This document shows positions 49,485 through 59,477 of a DNA stretch of 64,000 nt, one piece after another. Position numbers and translations under genes: made by a program. Each line of letters opens with the position of its first letter. Positions within the stretch are counted from its first letter, which is position 1. Origin of the DNA: an uncultured Methylomirabilota bacterium (GTDB lineage: Bacteria; Methylomirabilota; Methylomirabilia; Methylomirabilales; 2-02-FULL-66-22); the NCBI GenBank assembly GCA_963705305.1, contig OY970067.1:864001-928000 (forward strand). Direction: 5' to 3'. The notes below the pieces were generated by a model. The model searched no databases. It was given only the letters and a program-made list of their open reading frames with translations, and was not told the origin of the DNA.

Positions 49485-49581
49485 GTCACCCCGGCAGTCA
49501 TTCCGGCGAAAGCGGGGGCCGGAACTACATATCGGCACCTCGATGTCATCTTCCGTCATTCCGGCGAAAGCCGGAATCCAG
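49485..49581 (+). repeat. REP-like palindromes between the fumarase subunit genes
   Basis: Partial copies at 49485-49512 and full CGTCATTCCGGCGAAAGCCGGAATCCAG at 49554-49581. Confidence 0.85.
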
Positions 49582-49611
49582 TCGGACCCGGCCCGCCCTG
49601 GACCCCCGCTG

Positions 49612-50490
49612 CTAATACAGCCACTTGACGACCTTGCCATCCTGGCTCAGTACGTAGCCTTGGCGGCGGTAGGCCCAGCACATATACGACACCGACACGA
49701 AGAAGCTGGCCGGCAGGCGGTTGAGCGCGCCGATCTTGCACCCCAGCAGCGTGGTGGCCCCCCCGAACCCCATCGGCCCGATGTTGAGCTTGTTGGCGCT
49801 GACGACGATGTCCTTTTCCAGCGCCGCCAGCGCGCGATCCGGATTCACATCGTCCAGGCTGCGCAGCAGCTCTTCCTTGGAGTGCAGGTACCCCGTGGCC
49901 CGGTCCCCCCCGATGCAAACGCCCAGGATGCCCGGACTGCAGCCCTTCCCCTGGGCCTGGACCACGGCGTCCAGGATGGCCTTTCGCACCCCATCCAGGT
50001 CCCGGCCCGCCCCCAGCCGCACGTCGGGCAGCGAATACTGGGCCCCCACGTTCTCGCAGCCGCCGCCCTTCAGGACCAGGCGCACCTCCAGCCGCGTCCC
50101 CCGGTGCTGGTGAAAGTGAATGACGGGGCTCCCCGGCCCCAAATTGTTGCCCGTGTTCTTCCCGGTGATCGAGTCGACCGAGTTCTGGCGGAGGAACCCC
50201 TTGGCCGTGGCCTCCGCCACGGCGCCGGCCGCCGCCTTCTCGAAGGCCAGCTGGTCGAAGCCGACGGGGGCCTTCACGAAGAACAGAATGCTTCCCGTAT
50301 CCTGGCAGAGCGGGGCCGACTTCAACTTGGCCAGATCGATATTCTTCACGATGATGTTCATCGCGTAGCTGCCGCGGCTGCCCTCCGTCTCCTCGGCGGT
50401 GCCGCGCTGGACGGCCTGGACGACGTCGTCCGGCAGCTCGGCCGAGGTTCGGCGGACCAGCTCCAACAGGTTGGCCTGCAGATTTCGCAT
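49612..50490 (-). CDS. Class I fumarate hydratase/tartrate dehydratase alpha subunit
   Basis: PLCQDTG, LRQNSV, KGGGCEN, GCSPG, GPMGFGG, CWA. Confidence 0.93.
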   Translation of the reverse strand: MRNLQANLLELVRRTSAELPDDVVQAVQRGTAEETEGSRGSYAMNIIVKNIDLAKLKSAPLCQDTGSILFFVKAPVGFDQLAFEKAAAGAVAEATAKGFLRQNSVDSITGKNTGNNLGPGSPVIHFHQHRGTRLEVRLVLKGGGCENVGAQYSLPDVRLGAGRDLDGVRKAILDAVVQAQGKGCSPGILGVCIGGDRATGYLHSKEELLRSLDDVNPDRALAALEKDIVVSANKLNIGPMGFGGATTLLGCKIGALNRLPASFFVSVSYMCWAYRRQGYVLSQDGKVVKWLY

Positions 50491-50555
50491 ACGAACTCTC
50501 CCTTCTGACGGGCAGAGCCCGACACCACTCCGGTATTCTGCCGCTCCGTTGACGA

Positions 50556-50585
50556 ATTGTATGCCCTTGAGCAGGAGGCTGTCAA
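50556..50585 (-). promoter_or_regulatory. Sigma70 promoter for the fumarase genes
   Basis: Minus strand TTGACA-N18-TACAAT. Confidence 0.55.
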
Positions 50586-50712
50586 CGCGGGGAGGCCGCG
50601 ACATCATGGCGTCCCGGCGGCTGACATGGTAGAATTTGCGTCGTTGCGGCGCCCGGGGGTATCTCCCGGAGCGCTCGAGGAATGCCCCTCAGGAGAAAGG
50701 AACAGCGGTTCC

Positions 50713-51249
50713 ATGGCCATCCTCAAGATAGCCGTCCTGGGCAATCCGATCCTGCGCGTCCCGGCGGAGCCAGTGAAGAATGTCCAGGCGTCGGACATCC
50801 AGCGCCTGATCGATGACATGGTCGAGACCATGCGCGAATACCGTGGCGTGGGCTTGGCGGCCCCCCAGGTGCATCGATCCCTCCAGATCGTCACCATCGA
50901 GGCGGACGAGGACCAGCGCTCTTCCAAGGTTCAGTCTCCACCCACCGTCCTCATCAATCCGCGCATCGTGCCGGTCACGGACCGGCAAGAAGAGGACTGG
51001 GAGGGCTGCCTGAGCGTCCCGAATCTGCGGGGAAAGGTGTCGCGGCACACCGAGATCGAGGTCCAGGCCTCCGATCGCCGGGGCAAGCCCGTGCACCTGA
51101 AGGTGGGCGACTTCTTTGCCCGGGTGGTCCAGCACGAGTATGACCACCTGATCGGCACAATGTTCCTCGATCGCATGAAGAGCCTGGAGACCCTGACCTT
51201 CCTGGACGAATACGCCCGGTTCTGGGCCCGGAAAGAGGACGAGGAGTGA
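50713..51249 (+). CDS. def: Peptide deformylase
   Basis: [20 protein letters not shown]. Confidence 0.96.
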   Translation: MAILKIAVLGNPILRVPAEPVKNVQASDIQRLIDDMVETMREYRGVGLAAPQVHRSLQIVTIEADEDQRSSKVQSPPTVLINPRIVPVTDRQEEDWEGCLSVPNLRGKVSRHTEIEVQASDRRGKPVHLKVGDFFARVVQHEYDHLIGTMFLDRMKSLETLTFLDEYARFWARKEDEE

Positions 51250-51761
51250 CCACTCCGCCGGACTATCGTTTCTGCCCCCGCTGCGGGGGATCGCTCGATC
51301 GGCGGGTCCTTCGCGCCGGCGAGCCGCCCCGGCTGGTCTGCCAGGCCTGCGGGTTCGTGTTCTTCCTGGATCCCAAGGTGGCCACCGGAACGCTGTTCCG
51401 GCTGAACGGCGGGGTCCTGCTGGTCCGGCGCGCCATCGAGCCCAGCTACGGAAAGTGGGTGTTCCCGGGAGGATACGTGGATCGCGGCGAATCGCTGGAG
51501 GCGGCCGCCATCCGCGAGGCAAAAGAGGAGTGCGGCCTGGACGTCCGCCTGGTGCGACTCCTGGGGGCCTATTCCTACACCGGTAACCCGGTCATCCTGA
51601 CCGTCTACGAGGGCGAGGTCACGGGCGGGTCCCTCGCCATCGACGACGAGAGCCTGGATGCCCGATCCTTTCCCCCGGCCGAGATCCCCTGGGACCAACT
51701 CGCCTTTCCCAGCACCCGCGCCGCCCTGCAAGACTACCTGGGTCTCCCCAGGACCCCCTGA
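51246..51761 (+). CDS. NUDIX hydrolase with N-terminal zinc ribbon
   Basis: FCPRCG...[28 protein letters not shown]. Confidence 0.93.
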   Translation: MTTPPDYRFCPRCGGSLDRRVLRAGEPPRLVCQACGFVFFLDPKVATGTLFRLNGGVLLVRRAIEPSYGKWVFPGGYVDRGESLEAAAIREAKEECGLDVRLVRLLGAYSYTGNPVILTVYEGEVTGGSLAIDDESLDARSFPPAEIPWDQLAFPSTRAALQDYLGLPRTP

Positions 51762-51940
51762 CGCATGGCCTGATCTTCCAGCCCGATGGACCCATGAGAC
51801 TTCGATTCCTTCCCCCGGCACCCCAATTGTGCAAAACAGTCCGCCGCCCTAAGGAGTCCATTCGGCTCTGCCTCTCCAGCGCCTTCCGCTTTGGACGGCA
51901 CCGATTCGCCTTATTATGGTCCGCCCCCCGGCACCCCAAT
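51760..51940 (+). other. Degenerate tRNA-like 3' fragment with a 16-bp direct repeat (att-like)
   Basis: TTCGATTCCTTCCCCCGGCACC resembles a T-arm plus acceptor 3' strand; CCCCCGGCACCCCAAT occurs at 51812-51827 and 51925-51940. Confidence 0.5.
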
Positions 51941-52294
51941 GGAGACATGGTTCCTTTCCTCCAGCCAGAGCAGGGTCCCCTCCATCCGGAACAGTCTTGT
52001 CGAGTCGAGGATCGGCGCAGTACTCCGTGGATCCGGGTTGTCCGGTAAGACTCCGTCCGGCCCTTTCCTGCCTGAAGTAGGTACGTCCGACCAGCCATAC
52101 CAGCACACCATCTTCAGGTTCTCTTGACCGGCCGGAGCGGTCCGGAGTAACCTTCGCCTGATTGCCCCTCGCCGTGATGATCGTCGGAGGAGGCCCAATG
52201 GGATCGGTTACGGACAATGCTCCGGACCCGAGGCGGGCAGGCGGCCCGATATACCCGTCACTGTCCACACGTCCGAGTCCCCGGCCCGTTTTAT

Positions 52295-52599
52295 CTATCG
52301 CTCCCAGGAGTTCGCCCCGTTCCCGTTGCGCGCGCCAGGTCGTCAAGTTCGTGGAGTACAGCCCCTCGCGACGGAGCAGGGCCCCGAACTCTCCCGGCTG
52401 CGTGCACGCCTCCGCTTCGCGCAGGATCTTGAGCTTGTACTCGCCCGAGAACCGTCGCCGAGTGGCCTTGGCCAGCACCTCGACCTCGTTCGCCGTCTGT
52501 CCCGGGACCACGACTCCATTCGGGGCACTCATCGCCCACTTCCTCCCCGCCCTCTACCCTAAACTCTGAAGCGGGGAGTGTCTCACTCATATTGGCACA
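52295..52599 (-). mobile_element. IS3-family remnant (left end and truncated orfA)
   Basis: RRRFSGEYKLKILREAEAC...GALLRREGLYSTNLTTWR HTH; end begins TGTGCCAATATGAGTGAGACA at 52599; no orfB. Confidence 0.8.
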
Positions 52600-52663
52600 G
52601 AGAGCCAACTCCATCATGGCCACACCGAAGACCTCCCACAGTCTAGAGGTAAATCACACGAAG

Positions 52664-53959
52664 ATGATAGTGATAAAAGGCGGGCGACTACTTGACGGAA
52701 CGGGAAGAGCCCCCTTTGAGAACGCGATCGTGATCGTCGAGGGGTCGAGAATTACATCTGTGGGTCCGGCCGAAGAGGTGCCTGTCCCCAGCGGGGAGGG
52801 TGTGGAGATCGTCGAGGTTACGGGCAAGACGGTGATGCCGGGATTGATCGACAGTCATGTTCACATCTACTCTAACGGGGAGTCGAGCGAATTCGCTTCC
52901 ATGCCGATCCGCGACAATCCGCTGTCGCGTGCCATGATGGCAGTCCCCCGCTTGAAGCGTACCCTCGAAATGGGCATTACCACGCTGCGGGATGGTGGGT
53001 CGGGGTGGGGATGGCTGGAGGTAGCCCTTCGGGACGCGATCCTCCGCGGTGATATCGTCGGTCCACGGTATTTTGCCACTGGATATCACCTGACTGTCAC
53101 TGGAGGGCATGGCTTCTTCCTCCCCCCCTGGCTCGCAAACATGCCGATCCACCCAACGCAATCGTCGGTGCATTGCGACGGGCCCGACGAGTGGCGGAAG
53201 GCTGCTCGAATGCAGATCTATAACGGAGTCGACTGCATCAAGCTTGTAGCCAGTCGCGATGTGATCAGTCCGGGTCTCGCCACCGCGCCGCAGGCGACGC
53301 TCGACGAATTGCGCGCGGCCGCTGAAGAGGCGCATAAGATGGGCAAAAAGGTGCTGGCCCATGCCCAGGGCCACAAGGCCATTATGCGATCCATCGAGGC
53401 CGGTGCTGACTCGATCGTCCATGGCTTCTGGATTGATGAAGAGTGTGCGGATCTGATGGTCAAGCGGAACGTGTTCTTGGAGTCGACCAACCTGTATGTA
53501 CGAGGCATCGTGGACAAGGGCGCTGGTGATCTTCCCGACTGGATGGTGCAAAAGGCGGTCGCGTGCTGGCAAGATAAGAAAGAGAATTTCCGGATGCTGT
53601 TGGACAAGGGCGTCAAGATATCCTTCGGCTCCGACGCCGGGGTTCCCTACGTTTATCACGGAGAGAACGCCAAAGAGTTAGCCATGTTTGTCGAGTTGGG
53701 GATGTCACCTGCCCAGGCGATCGTCGCGGCCACCAAAACCGCAGCCGAGGCCGTGGGCCTGGGCGACCAAGTCGGCACACTAGAGGCAGGCAAGGTTGCG
53801 GATATCATCGCTGTAGAGGGTGATCCGTTACGCGACATTGATCTCTTGCATCGGCCCGATGCGATCAAGATGGTGATGAAAGACGGATTGATTGTACGGA
53901 CTCGGCCCTCGAAGATCAGCGGAACGCCGAGTGGTGTGCGCGACACACCGACCTCTTGA
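52664..53959 (+). CDS. Metal-dependent amidohydrolase (Xaa-Pro dipeptidase-like)
   Basis: MPGLIDSHVH, GITTLRD, IKL, AHA, SIVHG, FGSDAG, GKVADII. Confidence 0.92.
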   Translation: MIVIKGGRLLDGTGRAPFENAIVIVEGSRITSVGPAEEVPVPSGEGVEIVEVTGKTVMPGLIDSHVHIYSNGESSEFASMPIRDNPLSRAMMAVPRLKRTLEMGITTLRDGGSGWGWLEVALRDAILRGDIVGPRYFATGYHLTVTGGHGFFLPPWLANMPIHPTQSSVHCDGPDEWRKAARMQIYNGVDCIKLVASRDVISPGLATAPQATLDELRAAAEEAHKMGKKVLAHAQGHKAIMRSIEAGADSIVHGFWIDEECADLMVKRNVFLESTNLYVRGIVDKGAGDLPDWMVQKAVACWQDKKENFRMLLDKGVKISFGSDAGVPYVYHGENAKELAMFVELGMSPAQAIVAATKTAAEAVGLGDQVGTLEAGKVADIIAVEGDPLRDIDLLHRPDAIKMVMKDGLIVRTRPSKISGTPSGVRDTPTS

Positions 53960-53980
53960 CCTCAGAAAGGAGGACTTACG

Positions 53981-55270
53981 ATGAGAAGCACGAACAAGGG
54001 AACTTCACGTAGGGTTTTCCTGAAATATGGGGCTTCCGCCGGCCTCGGGATGATGGCACTGACAAGAAGCTCCTTCGCCGCCGCCCAGGCAAAGAAGCCG
54101 ATCCTCATCGGGCTCACTAGCGACGCGAGCGGTACTTATGCGCCGGATGGCGCGGATGAGCGACGTGGCATGCTGATGGCCATCGAGGAGTGCAACGAGA
54201 AGGGCGGAGTGCTTGGAAGAACAATAGAGTACAAGCATGAGGACACGGAAACGAATCCTTCCACGGCAGCCCGCAAAGCCGAGCGACTGATCCAACGCGA
54301 GCAAGTTGATTTTCTGGTCGGCGCCTGCAGCAGCGACTGCGCCAACGCGATCTCCGAGATCGCACAGCGAAACGGCGTTGTCTTCTTCAACTCCAATAGC
54401 AGTGCCGACTCGGTCACGAATGAACACTGCCACCGGACGAATTTCGTCGTCGATGCCAACAACCACATGTTCATCTCTGCCTTGGGTCCATGGGTTGCGA
54501 GAAACGTTGGGAAGCGCTGGTATTTCGTCACTCACGACTATACCTTTGGAAGGACCGGCACGGCGGAGTTTCGGAAGGTCCTGGCTGCCGAGAATGGCGT
54601 CGAGCTCGGCGAGGTGCTGATCCCTATGGGGACCAGGGATTTCAGCGCCCAAATTATCAAGATCCTGGCGGCCAAGCCAGATGCGGTCATGACGACAGTT
54701 GCCGGTGACGACGCGGCGGCTCTCTACTCGCAGGTGAAGGAGTTCGGAGCCGACACGAAAGTGCAGTGGTGTCTCGCGTGCAAGGATTGGCCCATCATTT
54801 GGGCCCTCGGCTGGGACAAAAACTTCGGGGTGTTCGGCTTAACGTGGTATCACAAGCAAGATTACCCGGGGATCAGGGAGTTCGTCGCAAGATACAAGAA
54901 GCGGTGGCCCAATGCGTCGGTTCCCGTTCCCGGGAACGAGAGTTACAACGGCTACATGTCGATCCGCGAGTTGTTGCGAGCTGTCGACCGTGCTGGAACG
55001 ACGCGCAATCACGAGGTCATCAAGGCCCTCGAGGGGTGGGTGATCAAGGACAGCATGAAGCATGACCCAACAACCATCCGGGCCCTTGATCACCAATTTC
55101 AGGCGACGATATACATCGCCCGGCAAAAGCCGAAGGACAAGATGGAAGACGAGACGGATATATGCGAGATCATCGGCATGGTCAAGCCTGAAGAAGCGGT
55201 CATCAAGCCAGCGGATAGTAAGTGTAAAATGGAAGCCCTTGCCGCCACCCCGGTGTATTGGAAGAATTAG
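53981..55270 (+). CDS. Branched-chain amino acid-type ABC substrate-binding protein, Tat signal
   Basis: SRRVFLK; GGVLGR, DYTFG, DFSAQI. Confidence 0.9.
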   Translation: MRSTNKGTSRRVFLKYGASAGLGMMALTRSSFAAAQAKKPILIGLTSDASGTYAPDGADERRGMLMAIEECNEKGGVLGRTIEYKHEDTETNPSTAARKAERLIQREQVDFLVGACSSDCANAISEIAQRNGVVFFNSNSSADSVTNEHCHRTNFVVDANNHMFISALGPWVARNVGKRWYFVTHDYTFGRTGTAEFRKVLAAENGVELGEVLIPMGTRDFSAQIIKILAAKPDAVMTTVAGDDAAALYSQVKEFGADTKVQWCLACKDWPIIWALGWDKNFGVFGLTWYHKQDYPGIREFVARYKKRWPNASVPVPGNESYNGYMSIRELLRAVDRAGTTRNHEVIKALEGWVIKDSMKHDPTTIRALDHQFQATIYIARQKPKDKMEDETDICEIIGMVKPEEAVIKPADSKCKMEALAATPVYWKN

Positions 55271-55467
55271 AGGCTGCGAGTAAGCATGTTTAGAGCTCCC
55301 CCGCGACGTTTGCACGGCTTTCCGGTCGCGGGACGGTCTTCCGCCTGTGGCCCGGCCTCTATAGTCGCGCGGTCGGAGGATAGCGTTGTGATAATCAACG
55401 AGCGGGTTCGTGCCCCGCCTGAATTTGAGAATGATGGTACACGCTCCCCGAAAGCCTACGTATGAAT

Positions 55468-55885
55468 CGATAGTTACACACGACCATTTTGGCCTTTCTA
55501 TGTATCGCGATCGGAGCGGCGGCGACTACCGCTCAAGGGCGAGGATGCGCTTCGGGGCCGGGATCTCGAGCGTTTTCAGCAAGGCAACGACGGCCGGGTT
55601 GGCATGCGTGCTTTGAACAATAGGTCGTCTCTACGACCCGGTAGCGGACGGCCTTGAGCGCGTCCGGGACCAGGCGGATATTGGGCTTGGTGTCCCCCGC
55701 CCGGATCTCGGCCGGCCGCTCGAGAAGCAGGGCGAGGCCACACAGTTTGATGTGACTAAGGATCCGGTGGGCGGTCCAGGGGTCGACAGGCCGGATGCGG
55801 AGCCCCGTGGTCTTCATCCGGCGGAAGCATGCCTTGATGGGCATCATCCCTTTGTACCCCTGTGCGGCACCGGCTCGTTTTATCG
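55468..55885 (-). mobile_element. IS1634/IS4-like transposase 3' remnant
   Basis: CFRRMKTTGLRIRPV..W.AHRI.SHIKLC.LALLLER, frameshifting into IVQST...LLKTLEIPAPKRILAL; possible element end near 55468. Confidence 0.7.
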
Positions 55886-55953
55886 GTAGTGTTTGCGATA
55901 TCAGCAGGTGCCCCGATGGAGCCGGCGAGCCGGAACCCAAGAGGAGTGCGGCG

Positions 55954-56826
55954 ATGCCAAGTTTTGTGGAGTTCTGTACGCAGTTGTTGAACGGCGTGGT
56001 ATTGGGGCTGCTTTACGCCTTGGTCGCACTAGGCTTCATGCTCATTCTCGGCTTCATGGAGGTCATCAACTTCAGTCACGGCATGCTGTTCGCGTTTGGA
56101 GCTTATTTCGCCATCACGCTTATTCCTGTCGTAGGTTTCTGGCCAGCGTTCTTAATCGGCCCCGTCATCGTTGGCATCATGGGAGTCTTGCTCGAGTTTG
56201 CGGTACGACGGACGTACGGCAAGGATCCCCTTTTCGGGCTTCTCCTCACGTTCGGCGCCGCGATGGCCCTGGAGGAAATTGTTAAGATAATCTGGGGGCC
56301 GGGCAACTACTCGATGATGATTCCCGCGTTCGCGCAAGGACCGATCTCCCTCGGGTTCATCACCTACTCTAAGTACCGCGCTTTCCTCGCCGGCCTCGCG
56401 ATCCTATTCATTGCTCTGACATGGCTTTTTCTCGAGAAAACGCCCTATGGCGCCCTCATCAAGGCGGGCGCCTTCGACAGCGAGATGGTCATGGCGATGG
56501 GTATCGACCTGAGGAAACTGAGGACCGTGGTCTTTGGCCTCGGATCCTTGCTGGCCGCCACTGCCGGCATTGTGGCCGCCCCCCTGTGGAGCGTGAAGCC
56601 AACGATGGGTACAGATGTCATCATGCCCGCTTTCGTTGTCGTGGTGATCGGGGGGGTCGGCAGTCTGTGGGGGTCGGTGATTGGCGGGTTGCTGGTTGGC
56701 GTGCTGACTGCCATCAGCGTCATGTTCATGCCAAGAACCTCCAGTATCACCATGTATATCCTTATGGCTATTATCCTGCTGGTTCGGCCAAGAGGCCTGA
56801 TGGGCGAAAAGAGCATCCTTGATTGA
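55954..56826 (+). CDS. Branched-chain amino acid ABC permease (LivH-like)
   Basis: YALVALG, INFSHG, VVVIGGVGS. Confidence 0.92.
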   Translation: MPSFVEFCTQLLNGVVLGLLYALVALGFMLILGFMEVINFSHGMLFAFGAYFAITLIPVVGFWPAFLIGPVIVGIMGVLLEFAVRRTYGKDPLFGLLLTFGAAMALEEIVKIIWGPGNYSMMIPAFAQGPISLGFITYSKYRAFLAGLAILFIALTWLFLEKTPYGALIKAGAFDSEMVMAMGIDLRKLRTVVFGLGSLLAATAGIVAAPLWSVKPTMGTDVIMPAFVVVVIGGVGSLWGSVIGGLLVGVLTAISVMFMPRTSSITMYILMAIILLVRPRGLMGEKSILD

Positions 56827-57830
56827 CGGAACTGACGGAGGAACCAGTGAACAACGCTGCGTCGAGAGTTGTCCGCCACCCTATGCTGTGGGTTTTTGCA
56901 CTCTTTTTGGTTCTTCCATATTTTTTGCCGTTCTTGGGCGGTTATACCTACCTTGGCGTGGAAGTCCTTATATGGTCCATTTTTGCGCTCGGTCTGAACA
57001 TTATCGTCGGGTACACAGGGTTGCCCTCCTTTGGCCACGGTGCGTTCTTTGGCGTCGGCGCGTTCGTTTTGGGGATTGTCCAACTCCGCGTTACCCACGG
57101 AATGTGGGTTCCGCTGCTCGCCGCCATTCTCGCCGCTACCCTCTGTGGCGCCATGGTGGGGCTGTTCGTCGCGAAAAAGCGTGGGATCTACTTCGCGCTT
57201 CTTACGATCGCGTTCAGTCAGATGTTTTGGTTCGTCGCGTGGGGGTGGGATTCGGTCACAGGCGGTGAAGGTGGTCTCCTCGGAATTAATCGGCTCCCCG
57301 TAGGGGTTCCGGGCCTGTTCAGCGTCGGTATCGACAGCATTCTTCATTATTACTACTTTGTCTATATCATCTTTATTGCCTGCGTCGTGTTGATCTGGAT
57401 TGTTGTTCACTCACCGTTTGGCCGAACCCTGCAATCCATCCGCTATAACGATACGCGCGCAAGGTGCATCGGATACAACATTGCCTTCTACAAATGGATC
57501 GCGTTCACCCTCTCATGCGCATTTTCGGGGCTCGCAGGCGCCCTCTATGCGTTACTGAGAAATGCTGCCTTCTCGGACGTGCTCCACTGGACTAGGTCGG
57601 GTGATGTCATCCTGATGATTATTCTGGGTGGCGGCATGAGCAATTTTTTCGGTCCTATTCTCGGCGCGACCGTGTTCATTGTCCTGCGAGACCTATTCAG
57701 CACCATCACCGAACATTGGCTCTTGATTTACGGTCTGCTGTTCATGGCCGTGATTATATTCGTGCCGGAAGGACTGCTGACCATTTTTCAAGGCTGGACA
57801 AAGCGGAGGCTCACTGGACCTGAGAAATAG
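56823..57830 (+). CDS. Branched-chain amino acid ABC permease (LivM-like)
   Basis: GYTGLPSFGHGAFFG, IYFALLT, TGGEGG, SPFGR. Confidence 0.92.
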   Translation: MTELTEEPVNNAASRVVRHPMLWVFALFLVLPYFLPFLGGYTYLGVEVLIWSIFALGLNIIVGYTGLPSFGHGAFFGVGAFVLGIVQLRVTHGMWVPLLAAILAATLCGAMVGLFVAKKRGIYFALLTIAFSQMFWFVAWGWDSVTGGEGGLLGINRLPVGVPGLFSVGIDSILHYYYFVYIIFIACVVLIWIVVHSPFGRTLQSIRYNDTRARCIGYNIAFYKWIAFTLSCAFSGLAGALYALLRNAAFSDVLHWTRSGDVILMIILGGGMSNFFGPILGATVFIVLRDLFSTITEHWLLIYGLLFMAVIIFVPEGLLTIFQGWTKRRLTGPEK

Positions 57831-57840
57831 GGAGCAGATT

Positions 57841-58587
57841 GTGGACATCCTGACAACTCAACACTTAAGCAAGCGTTTTGGCGGACTAGTGGCGGTAAAC
57901 AACGTCAGTCTGAAAGTAAGACAGGGCTGTTTAACATCTCTGATTGGACCCAACGGGGCCGGGAAGACGACGCTGTTTAATCTTCTGACGGGATTAATGA
58001 AACCGGATGCGGGGCGGATCCATTTTCAGCAAGTCGATATTACGGCCTACCCCCCCCATCGGATTGTGAAAGTAGGGGTAGGCCGGTCTTTCCAAATTGT
58101 GAATATCTTCGGGGAACTGACCCTTCTGGAAAATGTTCGCCTCGCAGTTCAGGCGCAAAAGGGTCATGGTCTCGAAATGTTCACGTCCGTCAACTCGTCT
58201 GGCTTTCATGAAGTGAATGAGCAGGCCGCAGCAATTATCAGGGCGACCGGCCTGGGGGGCAAGGAACGGATCATTGCAAAGAATCTGTCATACGGAGACA
58301 AGCGCTTGCTGGAAATCGCCATCGCGCTAGGATCGAAGCCGCGCCTGCTCTTGATGGATGAGCCCACTAGCGGATTGGCCAGCAGAGAGACTGCCAGGAT
58401 GAGGGAGTTCATTCAGAATCTCGCGAAAGAGCTGACAATTCTGCTTATCGAGCATGACATGAACATCGTGCTGTCCATTTCTGATCATATTGCCGTGCTT
58501 CACCAGGGGCGAGTGATAGCGGAAGGAGAGCCGGACGCGATACGACAGAATGCAGACGTGCAGGAGGCATACTTGGGGGGATTATGA
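57841..58587 (+). CDS. ABC ATPase (LivG-like)
   Basis: GPNGAGKTT, RSFQ, LSYGD, MDEP, IEHDM, EAYLG. Confidence 0.93.
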   Translation: MDILTTQHLSKRFGGLVAVNNVSLKVRQGCLTSLIGPNGAGKTTLFNLLTGLMKPDAGRIHFQQVDITAYPPHRIVKVGVGRSFQIVNIFGELTLLENVRLAVQAQKGHGLEMFTSVNSSGFHEVNEQAAAIIRATGLGGKERIIAKNLSYGDKRLLEIAIALGSKPRLLLMDEPTSGLASRETARMREFIQNLAKELTILLIEHDMNIVLSISDHIAVLHQGRVIAEGEPDAIRQNADVQEAYLGGL

Positions 58588-59285
58588 GGATGCTTTGTGT
58601 GGACCGAATCAACACATTTTACGACGAGGCGCAGATTCTGCACGACGTGTCGCTAACCATCGCCCGGGGCGAGATCGTCGCGCTCCTCGGACGGAACGGC
58701 GCGGGGAAGACCACGACTTTGAGGAGCATTCTGGGGTTGACTCCGGCGAAGCAGGGCAGGATTTTGTTCAAGGAAGAGGAGATCACGAGGCTACTGCCAC
58801 ATCTTATCGCCCGAAGGGGTATCGGCTGGGTTCCCGACAACCGCAGGATCTTTCCGACGCTCACCGTTCAACGGAATTTGGAGATCGCGCAAAAGAACGG
58901 TACCCATCGGGAGTGGGACCTCAAGCAAATTTATGAACACTTCCCCACGCTGGAAAGATTCAGGGGCCACAAAGGGGAATATCTGAGCGGCGGCGAACAG
59001 CAGATGCTGGCGATTGCCAGGACGCTGATGGGGAACCCGGACCTCCTCCTCTTGGACGAGCCGTCCCAAGGGCTCGCGCCGAAAATCGTTAAGGAAGTGA
59101 TGAAGATCATCATGGAGTTGAAACGGAAGGCGATCTCAATCTTGCTCGTGGAGCAGAACTCTGTAATGGCGTTGGCAGTGTCTGACCGATGCTATGTCCT
59201 CGACGACGGGCGGATTGTGCACGAAAGCACGGCGGAGGACCTGGATCGGAACGAGGGACTGAAGAGAGAGTTCTTGGGGATATAG
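58584..59285 (+). CDS. ABC ATPase (LivF-like)
   Basis: GRNGAGKTT, LSGGEQQMLA, LDEPSQGLAP, VEQN. Confidence 0.93.
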   Translation: MRMLCVDRINTFYDEAQILHDVSLTIARGEIVALLGRNGAGKTTTLRSILGLTPAKQGRILFKEEEITRLLPHLIARRGIGWVPDNRRIFPTLTVQRNLEIAQKNGTHREWDLKQIYEHFPTLERFRGHKGEYLSGGEQQMLAIARTLMGNPDLLLLDEPSQGLAPKIVKEVMKIIMELKRKAISILLVEQNSVMALAVSDRCYVLDDGRIVHESTAEDLDRNEGLKREFLGI

Positions 59286-59477
59286 TGGGAGAGAAGATTC
59301 ACTCCTCGGATCGCTGCCCCTGATCTACCGGAAAACCGAACCGCCGCGAATGCGGGTGCGACGTGGGATGCCGTAAAATCCATGTGTCTGGAGTACAAGC
59401 GGAGCCGAGAGTGAGATTGACCCGACGGGGCGCGTGGCCTCTTGGGCGCAGATCGGGGCGGGGGGAAGGAGACTGGG

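Noticed and set aside
51760..51830. Intact tRNA gene
   Set aside because: No complementary 5' acceptor strand and a broken T-stem; at most a remnant.
51849..52532. 227-aa full-length transposase
   Set aside because: Only the first about 77 aa are IS3 OrfA-like; the rest is read-through into unrelated DNA.
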